Below are positions 40,657 through 52,657 of a DNA stretch of 64,000 bases, piece after piece. The notes below the pieces were generated by a model, which ran no database searches, had not been told where the DNA came from, and saw only the letters and a list, made by a program, of their open reading frames with translations. Within the stretch, counting starts at the first letter, position 1; each line of letters opens with the position of its first letter. Made by a program: the position numbers and the translations under genes. Source of the DNA: an uncultured Planctomycetota bacterium (GTDB lineage Bacteria; Planctomycetota; PLA2; JAEUHO01); assembly GCA_963752285.1 (NCBI GenBank), contig CAVVXN010000005.1:320001-384000 (forward strand), in the 5' to 3' direction.

Positions 40657-41000
40657 TCAGGCGGCGACGCCTCGGGTCCGCTCGGATGCGGCGCGGCGTC
40701 GGACCGTCGCACCGTCACGCTCGACGAGGACCTTCGCGGCCGCACGGAAGCTCTGGACGTCGTCGCGATGCGACCGCAAGAACGCGACGACGCCCTGCTC
40801 CTCCTCGTCGTTTTCGAACACCTCGATCTCCACGCGGTCGCGCCGCACGATGCGTTCCTCGAAAGCACCGTCCCGTACGACCGCGAGGTCCACATGACCT
40901 TGGGGGCGGCTGTCCCCGCGCGCGTACCCCCCGAAGAGGAGGATGCCGGAGACGGGAGGGTCTGGGGGCTGCGTCACCCCGAGCGTACGGGCGTCCACGA
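40657..41000 (-). pseudogene. Degenerate minimal nucleotidyltransferase fragment
   Basis: LLFGGYARGDSRPQGHVDLAVV vs consensus FGSxARG...SDxD; no clear start. Confidence 0.55.
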
Positions 41001-41205
41001 GGAGCTCGAAGCGCCTGGCGAGGCCGGCCGGCGGGCGTACCTCGGGGGCGTGCTCGTCGTGGGGTGCGTCGCCCTCCGCTTCGGGACGCGGCACGGAGCT
41101 TGCGCCGTCCCGCCTGCGAACCGTGCCCGTGGCGGATCGTGGCGGGGGCTGCGACGGGGTCGAACGGCTCGCCTGGTTCCGCGAGCGGCGCGAGGAGAAG
41201 AGGAC

Positions 41206-41505
41206 ATGCCCGAGGCGTGGAGCAGGAAGGACGAGAAACAGTACGAGAAGATCAAGAAGAGCGCGATCAGGCGCGGCACGCGAAAGGGCCGCGCCGAGGA
41301 GATCGCCGCACGCACCGTAAACAAGCGACGCCGTAAGGAGGGTCGAACGCCCGACCGCTCCACGAGGGGAACCGGGAATCCCGGGCACCCGCTCGAGGAG
41401 CGGACGAAGAAGGAGCTCTACAACCGCGCCAGGGAGCTCGAGATCGAGGGGCGGAGCCACATGGACAAGAGGGAGCTCGTGCGCGCCATTCGCAGGGCGG
41501 AGTGA
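41206..41505 (+). CDS. Small basic protein with Rho N-terminal-like domain
   Basis: WSRKDEKQYEKIK...AEEIAARTVNK...TKKELYNRARELEIEGRSHMDKREL. Confidence 0.8.
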   Translation: MPEAWSRKDEKQYEKIKKSAIRRGTRKGRAEEIAARTVNKRRRKEGRTPDRSTRGTGNPGHPLEERTKKELYNRARELEIEGRSHMDKRELVRAIRRAE

Positions 41506-41920
41506 AGGCGAGCTGGGTGGGAGACCGGGCGGCACCGCGGCCGGACGACCCGAGGGGGGCGCGGCGACCGTGCCCCCCCGGCGGATCCAGGGACCTCGCG
41601 CCGGTCGTGCACGGGTACCGCGTCGCCCGGCATCTCCTGCACGGCAGGTCGCGTCGCTCCGGTCCCCTGTGCTCGCGGACGCGCCGGCGCCCAGGGAGCC
41701 GGGCGGGAGTGTCGCCGTCCGCCGCCGAGCCGCTCCGCGCGGCGCGGCGCCACGCCCGCGGTGAGCCCGCCGTCAGGATCGACGCCGTCCCCGGGCTCCT
41801 GGCCAGCGGGGGTCGTCGGGGCCGGCCCGGCGGGGCGCCGTATCATGCGGCCGACCGGACCGGCGTTCGACGGGAGGATGCATGGCGTCGTGAGTCCGAC
41901 CCGCGGCGAGCACCCGGTAC

Positions 41921-42595
41921 ATGGCGGCGCCTGACTCCACGCGGTGGACGGTCATCCGCGACGCGGCCGCCAGCGACGCGAAGGCGCGGGCCGAGTTCGC
42001 CCGGCGCTACGGACCCGTCGTCCGGGCCTACCTCGAGGCCCGCTGGCGGAGTGGGCGGCTCCGCCAGGAAGTGGACGACGCGGCCCAGGAGGTGTTCGTC
42101 GAGTGCTTCCGCGCCGAGGGGCCGCTGACGCGCGCGGATCCCGAGCAGCCCGGCGGCTTCCGCGCCTACCTCTACGGCCTGGTCCGCAACGTGGCCCGGG
42201 GCGTCGAGCGGCGCTGGCGGACCGACCGGGGTCGCATGGCCGAGCTGGACCTCGCGGCGCTCGAGGCGCGCGACGCGCCCCTCGCCGAGGTCTTCGACCG
42301 CGCCTGGGTGGCCTCGATCCTGCGCCAGGCGGGGGAGCGCCAGGCGAAGGCCGCCTGCGAAGACCCCCGCGCGACGCGGCGGGTCGAGCTCCTGCGTCTT
42401 CGCTTTGCGGAGGACCTGCCGATCCGCGAGGTCGCCCGACGCTGGGAGGTCGAGGCGGCCTTCCTCCACGAGGAGTACCGGCGGGCGCGCCGGGAGTTCC
42501 TCGCGGCCCTGCGAGAGGTGGTGGGGGAGAACCAACCCGGCAGCCCGGCCGCCATCGGGGCGGAGTGCGCCCGTCTCCTCGATCACCTGCCCTGA
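41921..42595 (+). CDS. ECF sigma factor, kinase-associated type
   Basis: STRWTVI N-terminal motif, DDAAQEVF, FRAYL, sigma-4 HTH. Confidence 0.9.
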   Translation: MAAPDSTRWTVIRDAAASDAKARAEFARRYGPVVRAYLEARWRSGRLRQEVDDAAQEVFVECFRAEGPLTRADPEQPGGFRAYLYGLVRNVARGVERRWRTDRGRMAELDLAALEARDAPLAEVFDRAWVASILRQAGERQAKAACEDPRATRRVELLRLRFAEDLPIREVARRWEVEAAFLHEEYRRARREFLAALREVVGENQPGSPAAIGAECARLLDHLP

Positions 42596-42636
42596 AGATT
42601 CCCTCCCTGAAAAGCGCTCGCGCCGCCAAGGAGTAG

Positions 42637-45600
42637 GTGATGGGCGACGAACACGACCTGGACGAGCACGAACGTCTCGACGACGGCCTGAGGGTCGCGT
42701 TCGGCGAAGGGGACGAGAGCGTCCTCGAGGCGATCGCCCGCCTCTCGGGCAGCGCCCCGTCCCGGATCCTTCTGCGCGACGCGCCGGAGGAGGCCTCGCC
42801 CATCCTGCGCCTCGCGGGTCCGGCGGAACCGGACGCTGCGGTCGAGGACAAGCGCTACCAGATCCTGGGCGAGATCGCCCGGGGTGGCATCGGCGTGGTC
42901 TACAAGGGCCGCGACAAGGACCTGGGCCGCGACGTGGCGGTCAAGGTGCTGCGCGCCGAGCTGCACGACGAGGAGCGGGTGGTCCAGCGCTTCGTCGAGG
43001 AGGCGCAGGTGGGCGGGCAGCTGCAGCATCCGGGCATCGTGCCCATCTACGGGCTCGGCCTCCAGCCGGGCGGGCGGCCCTACTTCGCCATGAAGCTCGT
43101 GAAGGGTGAGACCTTGGCGGAGCTGCTCGAGCACGGGGAGGAGGCCGGCGAGCTGATCCGTGTCTTCGAGCAGGTCGCTCAGACGGTGGCCTACGCCCAC
43201 AGCCGTGGGGTGATCCACCGCGACCTCAAGCCGTCCAACGTGATGGTGGGCGCCTTCGGCGAGGTGCAGGTCGTGGACTGGGGTTTCGCGAAGGTGCTGG
43301 GCCGGGAGGAGCGGGCGGAGCGTCCCGGCGCGACGGTGGTGGCGACGGTGCGCTCGGGGGCCACTGGATCGCACTCCGTCGCGGGCTCGGTCATGGGAAC
43401 CCCGGCCTACATGCCTCCCGAGCAGGCGCTCGGGCAGGTGGACGCGATGACGGAACGAAGCGACGTGTTCTCGCTGGGCGCCGTCCTTTGCGAGATCCTC
43501 ACGGGCAGGCCTCCCTACCGGGGCGCGACCCACGACCAGCTGGTCGCGGCCGTGCAGGCGCGGCTCGAGGAGGCACGAGGCGCCCTCGAAGCGGCGGACG
43601 CGCCCGAGGCCCTCCGGGCGCTCGCTCGCGAGTGCTTGCAGCCGCTGCCGAAGGACCGCCCGAAGGACGCGGGCGTGGTGGCACAGCGTGTCTCGGAGTA
43701 CCTGGCGGGCGTGGAGGATCGGGCGCGGCAGGCGGAGGTGGACGCCGTGCACGCCGCGGCGGAGGCGCGACGCGTGCAGCGCGCCCGGCGCACGACGATC
43801 GCCTTGGCTGCGGTGGCCCTGCTCGCCCTCCTGGCGGGGACCGGGGGCTACTCCCTCTGGAAGCGCGCCGAGCGCTCGCGGGAGAGCGCCGCGACGGCCC
43901 GGGTGGCTCCCATCCTGCGGGAGGCGACGCGTCTGGAGGGGGAGGAAGACTGGAACGGGTCGAGGGCGGCGGCGGCCACGGCGCTCGCGCTGGCGCAGGC
44001 CGAGGGCGCGGACGCGGAGACGCTGGCGACCGCGCGCGCTCTCGAGGCGCGCATTCGGACGGCCGCGGATGCGGCCGAGAAGAAGGCGAGAGAGGCCGCT
44101 CGCGAAGGGCAACTGATCGACACCCTGGACGAGCTCATGACTCGCAGCATGCTGATCTCGGCGAGCGAGCTCGTGAGCGGCTTCGAGGCCGCCTGCGCGC
44201 GGTACGGCGTGGATCCCTACGGGGACGGGGCGCCGGGAGAGCTCTCCGGGTTCGGCCGACCCGTCGAGCTCGCTCTCCACCTCGACGTGTGGGCCGAGCT
44301 CCTCCACACCAAAGACGACACGAGGTGGAGGGCGGTAGACCGCCTTGCACGTTCGCTGGACGACGATCCCTGGCGCACGCGGCTGCGTGACACCGCCGTC
44401 ACGGGGGACCGCGCGACGCTGCGCGAGCTTGCCTCCCATCCAGAGGCGGCGGAGCAGCATCCCACGACGATCGTGCGCATGGCGAGGGCGCTCGCCACGG
44501 CAAACGAGCCGCAGGCCGCCGCGGCGCTCCTCCGGGCGGCCGCGGTGCGGTATCCGGGCGACTTCTGGATCCACTACCAGCTCGCCTCGCTGCTGTGGTG
44601 GGGCCTTCATCTCGCACCCGAGGCGCGGGTCCACGCCACGGCCGCGGTGGCGCTCCGGCCCGAGACGGCGGGCGCGTGGAACGTCCTCGGCGCCATCGAG
44701 AACGACGGGCTGGAGGACACCGACGGGGCGATCCGAGCCTTTCGCCGCACCCTCGCGCTCAATCCGGCGTACACGGCCGCCCGGGGAAACCTCGGCACCG
44801 CGCTCTACAAGAAGGGCGACGTGCCGGGTGCGCTGGCTGCCTATCGCGAGGCGATCCGCCTCGATCCTGGGAATTCCCAGGTGCGCCTCAGCCTCGGCAG
44901 GGCGCTGGAGAAGGAGGGGGACCTGGAGGGCGCCGTCGCCGCGTTCCGGGAGGCGATCCGCGTGGAGCCGAACTTCGCCCAGGCCCACGACGACCTCGGT
45001 CGTGCGGTCGAAGCGAGAGGCGACATGAGCGGCGCCTGCGCCGCCTACCGCGCGGCGATCCGTCTCGATCCGAGGTGCGCCCAGGCCCACCACGACCTTG
45101 CCTTCGCCCTCGTGAAGCGAGGCGATGTGGACGGGGCGCTCGGCGCGCTCCGCGACGCCGTCCGCGTCGATCCGACCGTGTCCACGCACCACGTGGACCT
45201 CGGCGTGATCCTGTGTGACCGGCTCCGGCGCTACGACGAGGCGATCGCCTCCTTTGAGGAGGCCATCCGCCTCGACCCGACGTCGGTGATCGCCCACTTC
45301 GATCTCGGCGTGGCGCTCCTCGGCAAGGGCGACCTGGACGGCGCCGTCGCCGCGTACCGTGCGGCGATCCGCCTCGACCCGAAGCTCGCTCCGGCCCAGG
45401 CCAACCTCGGCAACGCGCTGTTGCGGCAGGGCGATCGGCAGGGCGCGGTCGCCGCCTGGCGTGAGGCGATCCGGCTCGACCCGTCGAACGCCGTGGCCTA
45501 CGGAAACGTCGGTCTCGCGCTCCGGGAAGAAGGGGATTTCGAAGGGTCGCTCGAGGCGTTCGCGAAGGCGGCCTCCCTCGACCCGAGTCTCCGCGGCATC

Positions 45601-46074
45601 GACGCGGCCGTCGCGCACGCGAAGGCTCTCGCCGCCGCCTCCGCCCGTCTTCCCGCCGTCCTCCGCGGCGACGAGAGCCCCGGGAGCGCACAGGCGTTGC
45701 TCGCGCTCGCACAGGTCTGCCAGACGAGGAAGGACGCCGTCTCGGCCGCCCGTTTCTACCAGCAGGCCTTCGACGTCGATCCCGCCGTCGCCGCCGACCT
45801 CCGAACGGCTGCCCGGTACAACGCGGCGTGCGTGGCGGCGCTCGCGGGAGAGGCGTGGCACGAGCGGGCGCTGCGGTGGCTCTGGGCGGACCTGGAGGCG
45901 TGGGGCGAGCTGCCGCGAGCCGCCGCGCCGGCCGTGAAGCGCAATCTCGAGCACTGGAAGGCCGACCCCGACCTCGCGAGCGTTCGGGACGGCGAAGACG
46001 TTCCCGAGGCCTGGCGGGCGCTCTGGGCCGAGGTGGACGCGTTGCTCTCGCGGGCCGAGGAGACGTCGAGGTGA
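42637..46074 (+). CDS. Ser/Thr protein kinase with TM and TPR repeats
   Basis: [30 protein letters not shown]; many AIRLDP TPRs. Confidence 0.95.
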   Translation: MMGDEHDLDEHERLDDGLRVAFGEGDESVLEAIARLSGSAPSRILLRDAPEEASPILRLAGPAEPDAAVEDKRYQILGEIARGGIGVVYKGRDKDLGRDVAVKVLRAELHDEERVVQRFVEEAQVGGQLQHPGIVPIYGLGLQPGGRPYFAMKLVKGETLAELLEHGEEAGELIRVFEQVAQTVAYAHSRGVIHRDLKPSNVMVGAFGEVQVVDWGFAKVLGREERAERPGATVVATVRSGATGSHSVAGSVMGTPAYMPPEQALGQVDAMTERSDVFSLGAVLCEILTGRPPYRGATHDQLVAAVQARLEEARGALEAADAPEALRALARECLQPLPKDRPKDAGVVAQRVSEYLAGVEDRARQAEVDAVHAAAEARRVQRARRTTIALAAVALLALLAGTGGYSLWKRAERSRESAATARVAPILREATRLEGEEDWNGSRAAAATALALAQAEGADAETLATARALEARIRTAADAAEKKAREAAREGQLIDTLDELMTRSMLISASELVSGFEAACARYGVDPYGDGAPGELSGFGRPVELALHLDVWAELLHTKDDTRWRAVDRLARSLDDDPWRTRLRDTAVTGDRATLRELASHPEAAEQHPTTIVRMARALATANEPQAAAALLRAAAVRYPGDFWIHYQLASLLWWGLHLAPEARVHATAAVALRPETAGAWNVLGAIENDGLEDTDGAIRAFRRTLALNPAYTAARGNLGTALYKKGDVPGALAAYREAIRLDPGNSQVRLSLGRALEKEGDLEGAVAAFREAIRVEPNFAQAHDDLGRAVEARGDMSGACAAYRAAIRLDPRCAQAHHDLAFALVKRGDVDGALGALRDAVRVDPTVSTHHVDLGVILCDRLRRYDEAIASFEEAIRLDPTSVIAHFDLGVALLGKGDLDGAVAAYRAAIRLDPKLAPAQANLGNALLRQGDRQGAVAAWREAIRLDPSNAVAYGNVGLALREEGDFEGSLEAFAKAASLDPSLRGIDAAVAHAKALAAASARLPAVLRGDESPGSAQALLALAQVCQTRKDAVSAARFYQQAFDVDPAVAADLRTAARYNAACVAALAGEAWHERALRWLWADLEAWGELPRAAAPAVKRNLEHWKADPDLASVRDGEDVPEAWRALWAEVDALLSRAEETSR

Positions 46075-48008
46075 GCACGGACCGCAGCATCCTCCAGCGG
46101 CTCGAGGAGCGGGGGCGTGACGTGCCGCGGGTGCGGCTCGCGGGGAGCGAGGCACCCCTGCCCGGCACGTCGGCCAGCGGACGGTACGAGATCGTGGGCG
46201 AGATCGCCCGCGGCGGCGTCGGGGTCGTCTACCGCGGGCGCGACACCGACCTCGGCCGCGACGTGGCGATGAAGGTTCTGCGTGACGAGTACGCGCAGCG
46301 ACCCGAGCTCGTGCAGCGCTTCGTGGAGGAGGCGCAGATCGGAGGCCAGCTCCAGCACCCGGGCATCGTGCCGGTCTACGAGCTGGGGGTCCGCGAAGGG
46401 GGGAAGCCCTACTTCGCCATGAAGTTCGTGAAGGGGCGCACGCTCTCGGAGCTCCTCGATGCGCGAGGCGACGTCTCCGAGGACCGGCGGGCGCTCCTGT
46501 CCCACTTCGCCCAGGCGTGCCACACGGTGGCCTATGCGCACAGCCGAGGCGTGATCCACCGGGATCTCAAGCCCGCCAACGTGATGGTGGGCGCCTTCGG
46601 CGAGGTGCAGGTGGTCGACTGGGGCTTCGCCAAGGTGCTCCGGCGGGGTGGCGTCGAGGACGAGCGTCGTGCACAACAGGGGGCGACGATCGTCGCCACG
46701 CTCCGTTCGTCCGCAGAGGGCTCCGCGTCGGTCGTGGGGTCCGTGATGGGAACGCCGGCCTACATGCCTCCCGAGCAGGCGCTGGGCATGGTGGACCAGC
46801 TGACGGAGCGGGCGGACGTGTTCGCGCTCGGGGCGATCCTCTGCGAGGTCCTGACGGGCGCCCCGCCCTACCGCGGCACCCCGGCCGACGTGCTGACCGC
46901 GGCGGCCCAGGCGCGCCTCGACGAGGCGTACGCCCGGCTCGACGCATGCGGTGCGGATCCGCAACTGGTGGCGCTCGCCCGCGCCTGCCTCTCGCCCCTG
47001 CCCAAGGACCGGCCGCGCACCGCGCGGGAGGTGGCCGAGGTGATGCGGGCCTTCCTCTCGGAGGCCGAGCGGCGTGCGCGCGAGGCGGGGCTGCGCGCCG
47101 CCGAGGCGGAGGTCGAGGTGGAGGAGCAGCGCCGGGCGCGACGCCAGACGCTGGTGGTGGCGTCGGCGGTCCTTCTGGTGGTGCTCCTGGGCGGAGGCGC
47201 GTTCCTCCTCCGAAGCCGCGTCGCCGCGGCGCGCGAGCGCGCGCTCGGGGCCGCGTACGAGGTCGCGATGCGGGAGGCCACGCGGCTCGCCGCGACCGAT
47301 GCCGCCATGGCGCGGGCGGCGGCCGAGCGGGCGGTGGGGCTGGCGGCGGAGGACGAAACGCGCCGCCAGGAAGCCGCGACGCTCCGAGACCAGATCCAAG
47401 CGAGTTCCCGGGCGGCGGACCGTGCGGCGAAGAGGAAGGAGGTCGAAGCGGGGCTCTTGGCGCGGCTCGACGACGTGCTCCTCCTCGGCGAGGTCGATCC
47501 CGATCCCGAGAAGGCGGACGACGCCTACCTCGCGGCGCTCCCGGACCTCGCGGTGGCGAACGACTTCGACCGAAAGGGGGAGCTCGCCGTCCACCTGGAC
47601 CGCTGGGCGGACCTGCGGCGCCGCGCCGCGGGGCTCGCGGGCCGGGACTGGCACGCGATCGACCGGTCCGCGCGCGCACTCGACCCCGATCCATGGCGCA
47701 CGAGACTCCGCGACGAGCTCGCGCGGGGAGATCTCGATGCGTTGCGCCAGCGGGCCGCGGGCGCCGAGATCGACGCAGAGCCCGCGAACGCGGTCGATGT
47801 CCTGGCGGTGGCCCTGGGAGAGCGAGGGGCGCGCGACGCGGCGCTCGACCTGCTGCGACGTGCGGCGGAGCGCGCCCCGGGGGACCTCGCCCTCCACGTC
47901 CACCTCGCCCGCTACGCCGAGCGGCCGGAGGCGCGGGCCCACCTGACCGCGGCGCTCGCGCTGGAGCCGGGTCCTCGCACGCGCGAGATCCTCGCGCGCC
48001 TGCACTGA
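46071..48008 (+). CDS. Second Ser/Thr protein kinase with short helical C-terminus
   Basis: Same kinase motifs; GTGA overlap with the upstream kinase stop. Confidence 0.92.
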   Translation: MSTDRSILQRLEERGRDVPRVRLAGSEAPLPGTSASGRYEIVGEIARGGVGVVYRGRDTDLGRDVAMKVLRDEYAQRPELVQRFVEEAQIGGQLQHPGIVPVYELGVREGGKPYFAMKFVKGRTLSELLDARGDVSEDRRALLSHFAQACHTVAYAHSRGVIHRDLKPANVMVGAFGEVQVVDWGFAKVLRRGGVEDERRAQQGATIVATLRSSAEGSASVVGSVMGTPAYMPPEQALGMVDQLTERADVFALGAILCEVLTGAPPYRGTPADVLTAAAQARLDEAYARLDACGADPQLVALARACLSPLPKDRPRTAREVAEVMRAFLSEAERRAREAGLRAAEAEVEVEEQRRARRQTLVVASAVLLVVLLGGGAFLLRSRVAAARERALGAAYEVAMREATRLAATDAAMARAAAERAVGLAAEDETRRQEAATLRDQIQASSRAADRAAKRKEVEAGLLARLDDVLLLGEVDPDPEKADDAYLAALPDLAVANDFDRKGELAVHLDRWADLRRRAAGLAGRDWHAIDRSARALDPDPWRTRLRDELARGDLDALRQRAAGAEIDAEPANAVDVLAVALGERGARDAALDLLRRAAERAPGDLALHVHLARYAERPEARAHLTAALALEPGPRTREILARLH

Positions 48009-48330
48009 GGCGAGGCCCGATGGCGGTGCGTCGCGTCGGCCCCGCCTCCGCCGGGGCTTCGACCTCTTCGGCCGGACGCTCCCGCCGACCCCCTCCTTCG
48101 TGCGTCCGCCCCCCGAGGGCCTGCGGGCGCCGACCCGCCTCCAGGGGCCCGTCGGGCGGCGCACCGTCTCGCTCCGCACGAGCGGCTCTCCCGCTGTCGA
48201 GGTGCCGCGGGCCCTCGAGCGCAAGCGGCGGCGGGATCCTCGTGGCGACCCGATCGTGTCCATGACCATGGGGTGCGCTTCCCCGGCGCGGTCGCGCTAC
48301 CCTGCCCGTGTCCGCGGGAGGAGGGAACCG

Positions 48331-48795
48331 ATGAGGACCACCGGAGGCGTCGCGCGCGCGGCCCTGCTCTCGCTGGCGCTCGGCGCGGTCGGTTGCGCGT
48401 CGGCGCGCGGGCCCGTCGAGCCGTCGGCAGCGCCGGCGACGGAGGGGAACGTCCACCTCTTCCTCTCGAACCAGAGCGATCGCCGGAAGACGGTGGTGCT
48501 CTCGGTGTACGTGGACGGGCGGCTCGCGGTACGTCGCGGGATGCCGTCCGTGACCATCGGTCGTCGCGCGCACGGGTTTCCCGAGGAAGTCCTCCTCCGT
48601 CTCGAGCCCGGTCCGCACACGGTGCGTGTGGTGGCGGAGGGGCGTGGAGCGAGTCGGTCGGTGGACGTCGTCGTCGGCCCGGGCCCGCTCTACGTGTGCG
48701 CGAGCTACGACGACGGGGTCGGCGGTCCACACGAGGGCCCGGTCGCGGAGCCGGTCACGGTAGAGGTCGCGGACCATCCCTTCGGGTTCTGTTGA
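48331..48795 (+). CDS. Putative lipoprotein
   Basis: RBS GGAGGAGG, lipobox AVGC. Confidence 0.65.
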   Translation: MRTTGGVARAALLSLALGAVGCASARGPVEPSAAPATEGNVHLFLSNQSDRRKTVVLSVYVDGRLAVRRGMPSVTIGRRAHGFPEEVLLRLEPGPHTVRVVAEGRGASRSVDVVVGPGPLYVCASYDDGVGGPHEGPVAEPVTVEVADHPFGFC

Positions 48796-48895
48796 TCCGT
48801 TTCCTCGGGCGCGGGCATCGAGCGGACGCCGGGCCCCCGTGCGGTCCTGTGGGGCGACGCCACCGGGCGGCGCTTCACCCGGGAGGGGGGCGGCG

Positions 48896-50581
48896 TCAGC
48901 GGTCGAGGTGCGCGTCGATCCGGGGGGCGAGGCACGTGTCGCCGTACTCGTCGCGGAGCTTCTCCCAGTCCTTCCGCATCTTCGCGTGGTCTCGGAGCTT
49001 CGCGTCCTTCTTCTCGGCCGCGTCCACGCGGGGTTCGCCCTTCAGCGCCTTCTGGATCGACTCGTCGGCCTTCCAGGCGTTCAGCTGCTCCTCGATCGTC
49101 GGTGCGTCCGGGACGCCCTCGAGCTGCTTCATCCAGCGTGCGAGCTCGTCGAGAGCCTCCGTGGGGTGACCGGCGTCGATCCACGCGCGCGCGCGGCGCA
49201 TGGCGTTCCCCGGCGCCACGGCGAGACGTTGGAGCAGCCACTCCGCGTCGTCGTGGACCTTCGGGTCGCCCGCGGTGGCGGAGACGTGCTCCGCCTCGCT
49301 CCACGCGCGGCCGATCTGGTCCTTTCGAACCAGCTTCACCGCGCCGTCGAGCGCCGGGAGCAGGATTCGGTCGAGATCCACGACGGGCGCCGTCCTCGTG
49401 ATCCACGAGGGCAAGAACTCGCCGGGGTCGATCCAGTCGCGGAGCCCCTGGTCCACGGGCTGGTAGCCGCGCGTGTGCGCGAGGTCGAAGGCACCGGGGT
49501 AGAGGGCGAAGTGCAGGTGGGCGAAGTGCCCGCCGTTCTCGACGCTGTAGGAGAGGCCCATCGAGGTCAAGAGCTGCCCGGCCCCGACCTCGTCGCCCGG
49601 CTTCACGAAGACCGTGTCGCCGCCGTGCATCAGGAGGCTCGTGACCACGCGCCCGCCGCCGAGGGAGTGCTCGATCGCGATGACGGTTCCCATGTCGGTC
49701 CCGCTCGAGACGAGCTTCACGACACCGGCCGCCGGCGCATAGAAGCCCGCGCCGTCGAGACACGCGCCTCCGTCCTCGCCGACGTGGTACACGGCGCCGT
49801 TCTCGCGCAGGTTCGCGAACGGCTGGAGCGCCGCGCCGGGAATCTCCTCCTCGCCCCACGCGAGCAGCGGCCCGACCCAGCGGTCGGCCGCCGGGAGGCG
49901 CGCGGCCGTGCCCTTGCCGACCTCGTTCTTCGGCTCGAGCTCGTAGCCCGGCAGGACCTCGGCCAGGTGGTCCATGCCGTCCAGGAACGGGACCAGACGA
50001 AGGCCGTTCTGCAGGGTGACGACGTGCTCCTGGTGGACCCGCTCGAACGACAGCGTCCCCTGCGCGCGTCGGAGCAGCGCCTCGAGGCAGCGGCGCACGT
50101 AGAAGTCGCCCTCGCGCGCGAGGAGCGCCTCGACGTCGTCGGCCCGGCGGCTGTTGTCCCACAGCTTGATGCAGGTGATCGCGGCCTTCTCCCGCAGGCG
50201 CCGCTCCGGGTCGGTGAGGAGCGTCCAGGCCTTGGGGAACGTGGACGCGTCCCAGTAGTGCTCCAGGACGAGCAGCGCGCGGTGTCGTACGTGCCAGTCC
50301 TCGTGCTCGAGCAGCGCGAGGTACAGGTCGAGGAGGTCCACGTTGCGAAACCGCTTCCACGCCTCGATCGCCGCGCGACCGCTTCGCAGCACCGCGCGGT
50401 GGATCTTGTCGGCGCGCTCGGCGCCCTTCGCGGCGAGGATCGGGAGGAGGTCCTTCGCCGACTCGGCGAGCATGTGCCGGCCGTTCTCGGGGTCGAGGTC
50501 GCCTCCCCATCCCGCCTCGGCGGCGGGGAGGAACAGGAGCCCCAGGAGGAGCGCCGGGAGGACCGCCCGAGCGGGCCGCAC
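48896..50581 (-). CDS. Secreted HEAT-repeat + M23 peptidase domain protein
   Basis: Signal peptide, HEAT-like N-terminus, YHVGED (HxxxD) and AHLHF (HxH). Confidence 0.8.
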   Translation of the reverse strand: MRPARAVLPALLLGLLFLPAAEAGWGGDLDPENGRHMLAESAKDLLPILAAKGAERADKIHRAVLRSGRAAIEAWKRFRNVDLLDLYLALLEHEDWHVRHRALLVLEHYWDASTFPKAWTLLTDPERRLREKAAITCIKLWDNSRRADDVEALLAREGDFYVRRCLEALLRRAQGTLSFERVHQEHVVTLQNGLRLVPFLDGMDHLAEVLPGYELEPKNEVGKGTAARLPAADRWVGPLLAWGEEEIPGAALQPFANLRENGAVYHVGEDGGACLDGAGFYAPAAGVVKLVSSGTDMGTVIAIEHSLGGGRVVTSLLMHGGDTVFVKPGDEVGAGQLLTSMGLSYSVENGGHFAHLHFALYPGAFDLAHTRGYQPVDQGLRDWIDPGEFLPSWITRTAPVVDLDRILLPALDGAVKLVRKDQIGRAWSEAEHVSATAGDPKVHDDAEWLLQRLAVAPGNAMRRARAWIDAGHPTEALDELARWMKQLEGVPDAPTIEEQLNAWKADESIQKALKGEPRVDAAEKKDAKLRDHAKMRKDWEKLRDEYGDTCLAPRIDAHLDR

Positions 50582-51193
50582 TCAGGCCACCGCCACGGGG
50601 AGGCCGAGCCGGCCGGCCGCCACGTCCTCGAGCACCTCCGCGTAGAGCGCGTGTTCCGCCGCGAGGACGCGCTCCTGGAGGACGGCGGGGGTGTCGCCCG
50701 CGAGGACGGGGACCTTCTTCTGCCGGAGCACGGGGCCCTGATCGTACGCCGCGGTCACGACGTGGACGCTCGCGCCGGTCTCGGTGTCGCCCGCCTCGAG
50801 CACGGCCTCGTGCGGCCGGATCCCGTACATGCCCGGGCCCCCGTGACGGGGGAGGAGCGCGGGGTGGATGTTCAGGATGCGCCCCTCGAAGCGGGAAAGC
50901 GTCTTCGGGCCGACCTTCTTCATGTAGCCCGCCAGGACGACGACGTCCACCGCCGCGGCGGCGAGCGCGTCGCGCATGGCCGCGTCGAGCGCGTCGGGCT
51001 CCGGATGGGTACGGCCGCTCAGGTGGACCCACGGCAGCCCGTGCCGGGTCGCGCGGTCCACCGCCCCCGAGCCCGAGTTGTTGGAGATGACGAGGGCCAC
51101 CTCGGCGTCGAGCGTCCCGGCCTCGATCCGGTCCACGATCGCCTGCATGTTCGACCCGCCGTGCGAGGCCAGGATCCCGATCCTGAGGTGCAT
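50582..51193 (-). CDS. purN: Phosphoribosylglycinamide formyltransferase
   Basis: SHGGSNMQAI, LAGYMK, LNIHPALLP, ETGASVH, YDQGP. Confidence 0.95.
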   Translation of the reverse strand: MHLRIGILASHGGSNMQAIVDRIEAGTLDAEVALVISNNSGSGAVDRATRHGLPWVHLSGRTHPEPDALDAAMRDALAAAAVDVVVLAGYMKKVGPKTLSRFEGRILNIHPALLPRHGGPGMYGIRPHEAVLEAGDTETGASVHVVTAAYDQGPVLRQKKVPVLAGDTPAVLQERVLAAEHALYAEVLEDVAAGRLGLPVAVA

Positions 51194-51205
51194 GTCCCTC
51201 CCCTC

Positions 51206-52048
51206 TCAGGTCTGGAGCTGGGGCTTCGCGTGGAGGACGGGCATCGCAAGAAGGTACTCGTGCGACGGGCCCTCCGTGCTCCCGGCGAACTCGTCGTACG
51301 GTCCGTCGAACGACACGCCGCCGCCGTGGAGCATCACGACGCGCGGGTGCAGCCGCCGAAGGAGGTCCCGGTCGTGCGTGATGAGGATCGTCGTGCGCGG
51401 CACGCCGTCCCGCCGCGGCCGGAAGTGGGTGTCCCAGATCAGCTCGTGCAGGTGCGCGGAGGTGACGGGATCGAGGCCGGTCGTGGGCTCGTCGTAGAAC
51501 ACGACGATCGGGTCCTGCGCCAGGGCGCGCGCGACCGCGACCCGCTTGGCCATGCCGCCCGAGAGCTCGTCCCGTTCCTTGAGGACGACGTCGTCCACGT
51601 CGAGCGAGACGGCGGCGAGGCTGTCGCGCACCCGGTCGCGGATCTCGCGCGAGCCGAGACGTGTGTGTTCGCGGAGCCAGATCGCGCAGTTCTCGTACAC
51701 CGTCCCCGAGAAGAGGGCGTTCTTCTGGAAGACGACCGCCCACGCGAGCCGGACCTCGTCCCGTCCGTCTTCGTCGAGCGCCGCGAGGTCCACGAGGGGC
51801 TCGCCCTTCCGCCGGTGGTTCACCACGAGCACACGCCCCTCGCTCGGCGGGAGAAGACCCGTGAGGATCTGGAGCAGCACGGTCTTTCCGCACCCGCTCG
51901 CGCCCACGATCGCCAGGATCTCGCCGCGGCGGACCCGGAGGTCCACGCGCCTCAGCACGCGCCGCCCGTCGAAGGTCCTGCCGACGCCCTCGGCCTGGAT
52001 CTCGACGGGGACGGGTGCAGCCGGGTCTGTCGTCGCCCGCGTGACCAT
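51206..52048 (-). CDS. ABC transporter ATP-binding protein (MlaF-like)
   Basis: GASGCGKT, FQKNALF, LSGGMAKR, YDEPTTGLDP, ITHD. Confidence 0.9.
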   Translation of the reverse strand: MVTRATTDPAAPVPVEIQAEGVGRTFDGRRVLRRVDLRVRRGEILAIVGASGCGKTVLLQILTGLLPPSEGRVLVVNHRRKGEPLVDLAALDEDGRDEVRLAWAVVFQKNALFSGTVYENCAIWLREHTRLGSREIRDRVRDSLAAVSLDVDDVVLKERDELSGGMAKRVAVARALAQDPIVVFYDEPTTGLDPVTSAHLHELIWDTHFRPRRDGVPRTTILITHDRDLLRRLHPRVVMLHGGGVSFDGPYDEFAGSTEGPSHEYLLAMPVLHAKPQLQT

Positions 52049-52195
52049 GCGGCGATTATAGTCGGGGCGACCTCGCGGCCACGTAGGTCGGAGGGGCCGG
52101 GCGAGACGTGGCCATGGCCCTCGCGCTGCCGAGTCCTGGGCGGCCGCGTCGCTCTGGTCGCGGCGTCCGCGCGTCCGCGGGGGGGGAGCCGGCGC

Positions 52196-52657
52196 TCAGA
52201 GAAACGGCGCCCAGTCGATCTTCAGGATCGCGACGACCGCGGCCACGCCGAATCCGTACGCGAGGTGGCCTGCGACGTGCGCGACCGCCACCTCTACGCT
52301 CGCGCCGCGGAATTGCGGAAGCGGGTGCCGCTCGGAGACCACCGACAGGAGGATGAAGCTCATCACGAGCCCGTGCGCGAACCCGAGGAGTGCGCCGAGG
52401 CCCAACGTGAGGAGGGGGCCGCCGTGCGCGAGCCCGCTCAGGACCGCAGCGTAGGGGAACGCGAAGACGACCCCGGCCAGGAGGTGGATCAGGAGACCGG
52501 GCGCGAGCGCGTTCTCGTACGAGCGGGTCGCGAAGCTCCCGATCGCGCGGATCATGTCGGCGTTCGCCCATCCGCTGCGGTGGATGCTCGCCATGACGGC
52601 GCTCATCAGGGCCGTCCCGACGAGACCCGCGACTGCGGTTTCCAGGATCGGGACCAT
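52196..52657 (-). CDS. Four-TM membrane protein
   Basis: Hydrophobic 153 aa with His residues in the helices. Confidence 0.7.
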   Translation of the reverse strand: MVPILETAVAGLVGTALMSAVMASIHRSGWANADMIRAIGSFATRSYENALAPGLLIHLLAGVVFAFPYAAVLSGLAHGGPLLTLGLGALLGFAHGLVMSFILLSVVSERHPLPQFRGASVEVAVAHVAGHLAYGFGVAAVVAILKIDWAPFL

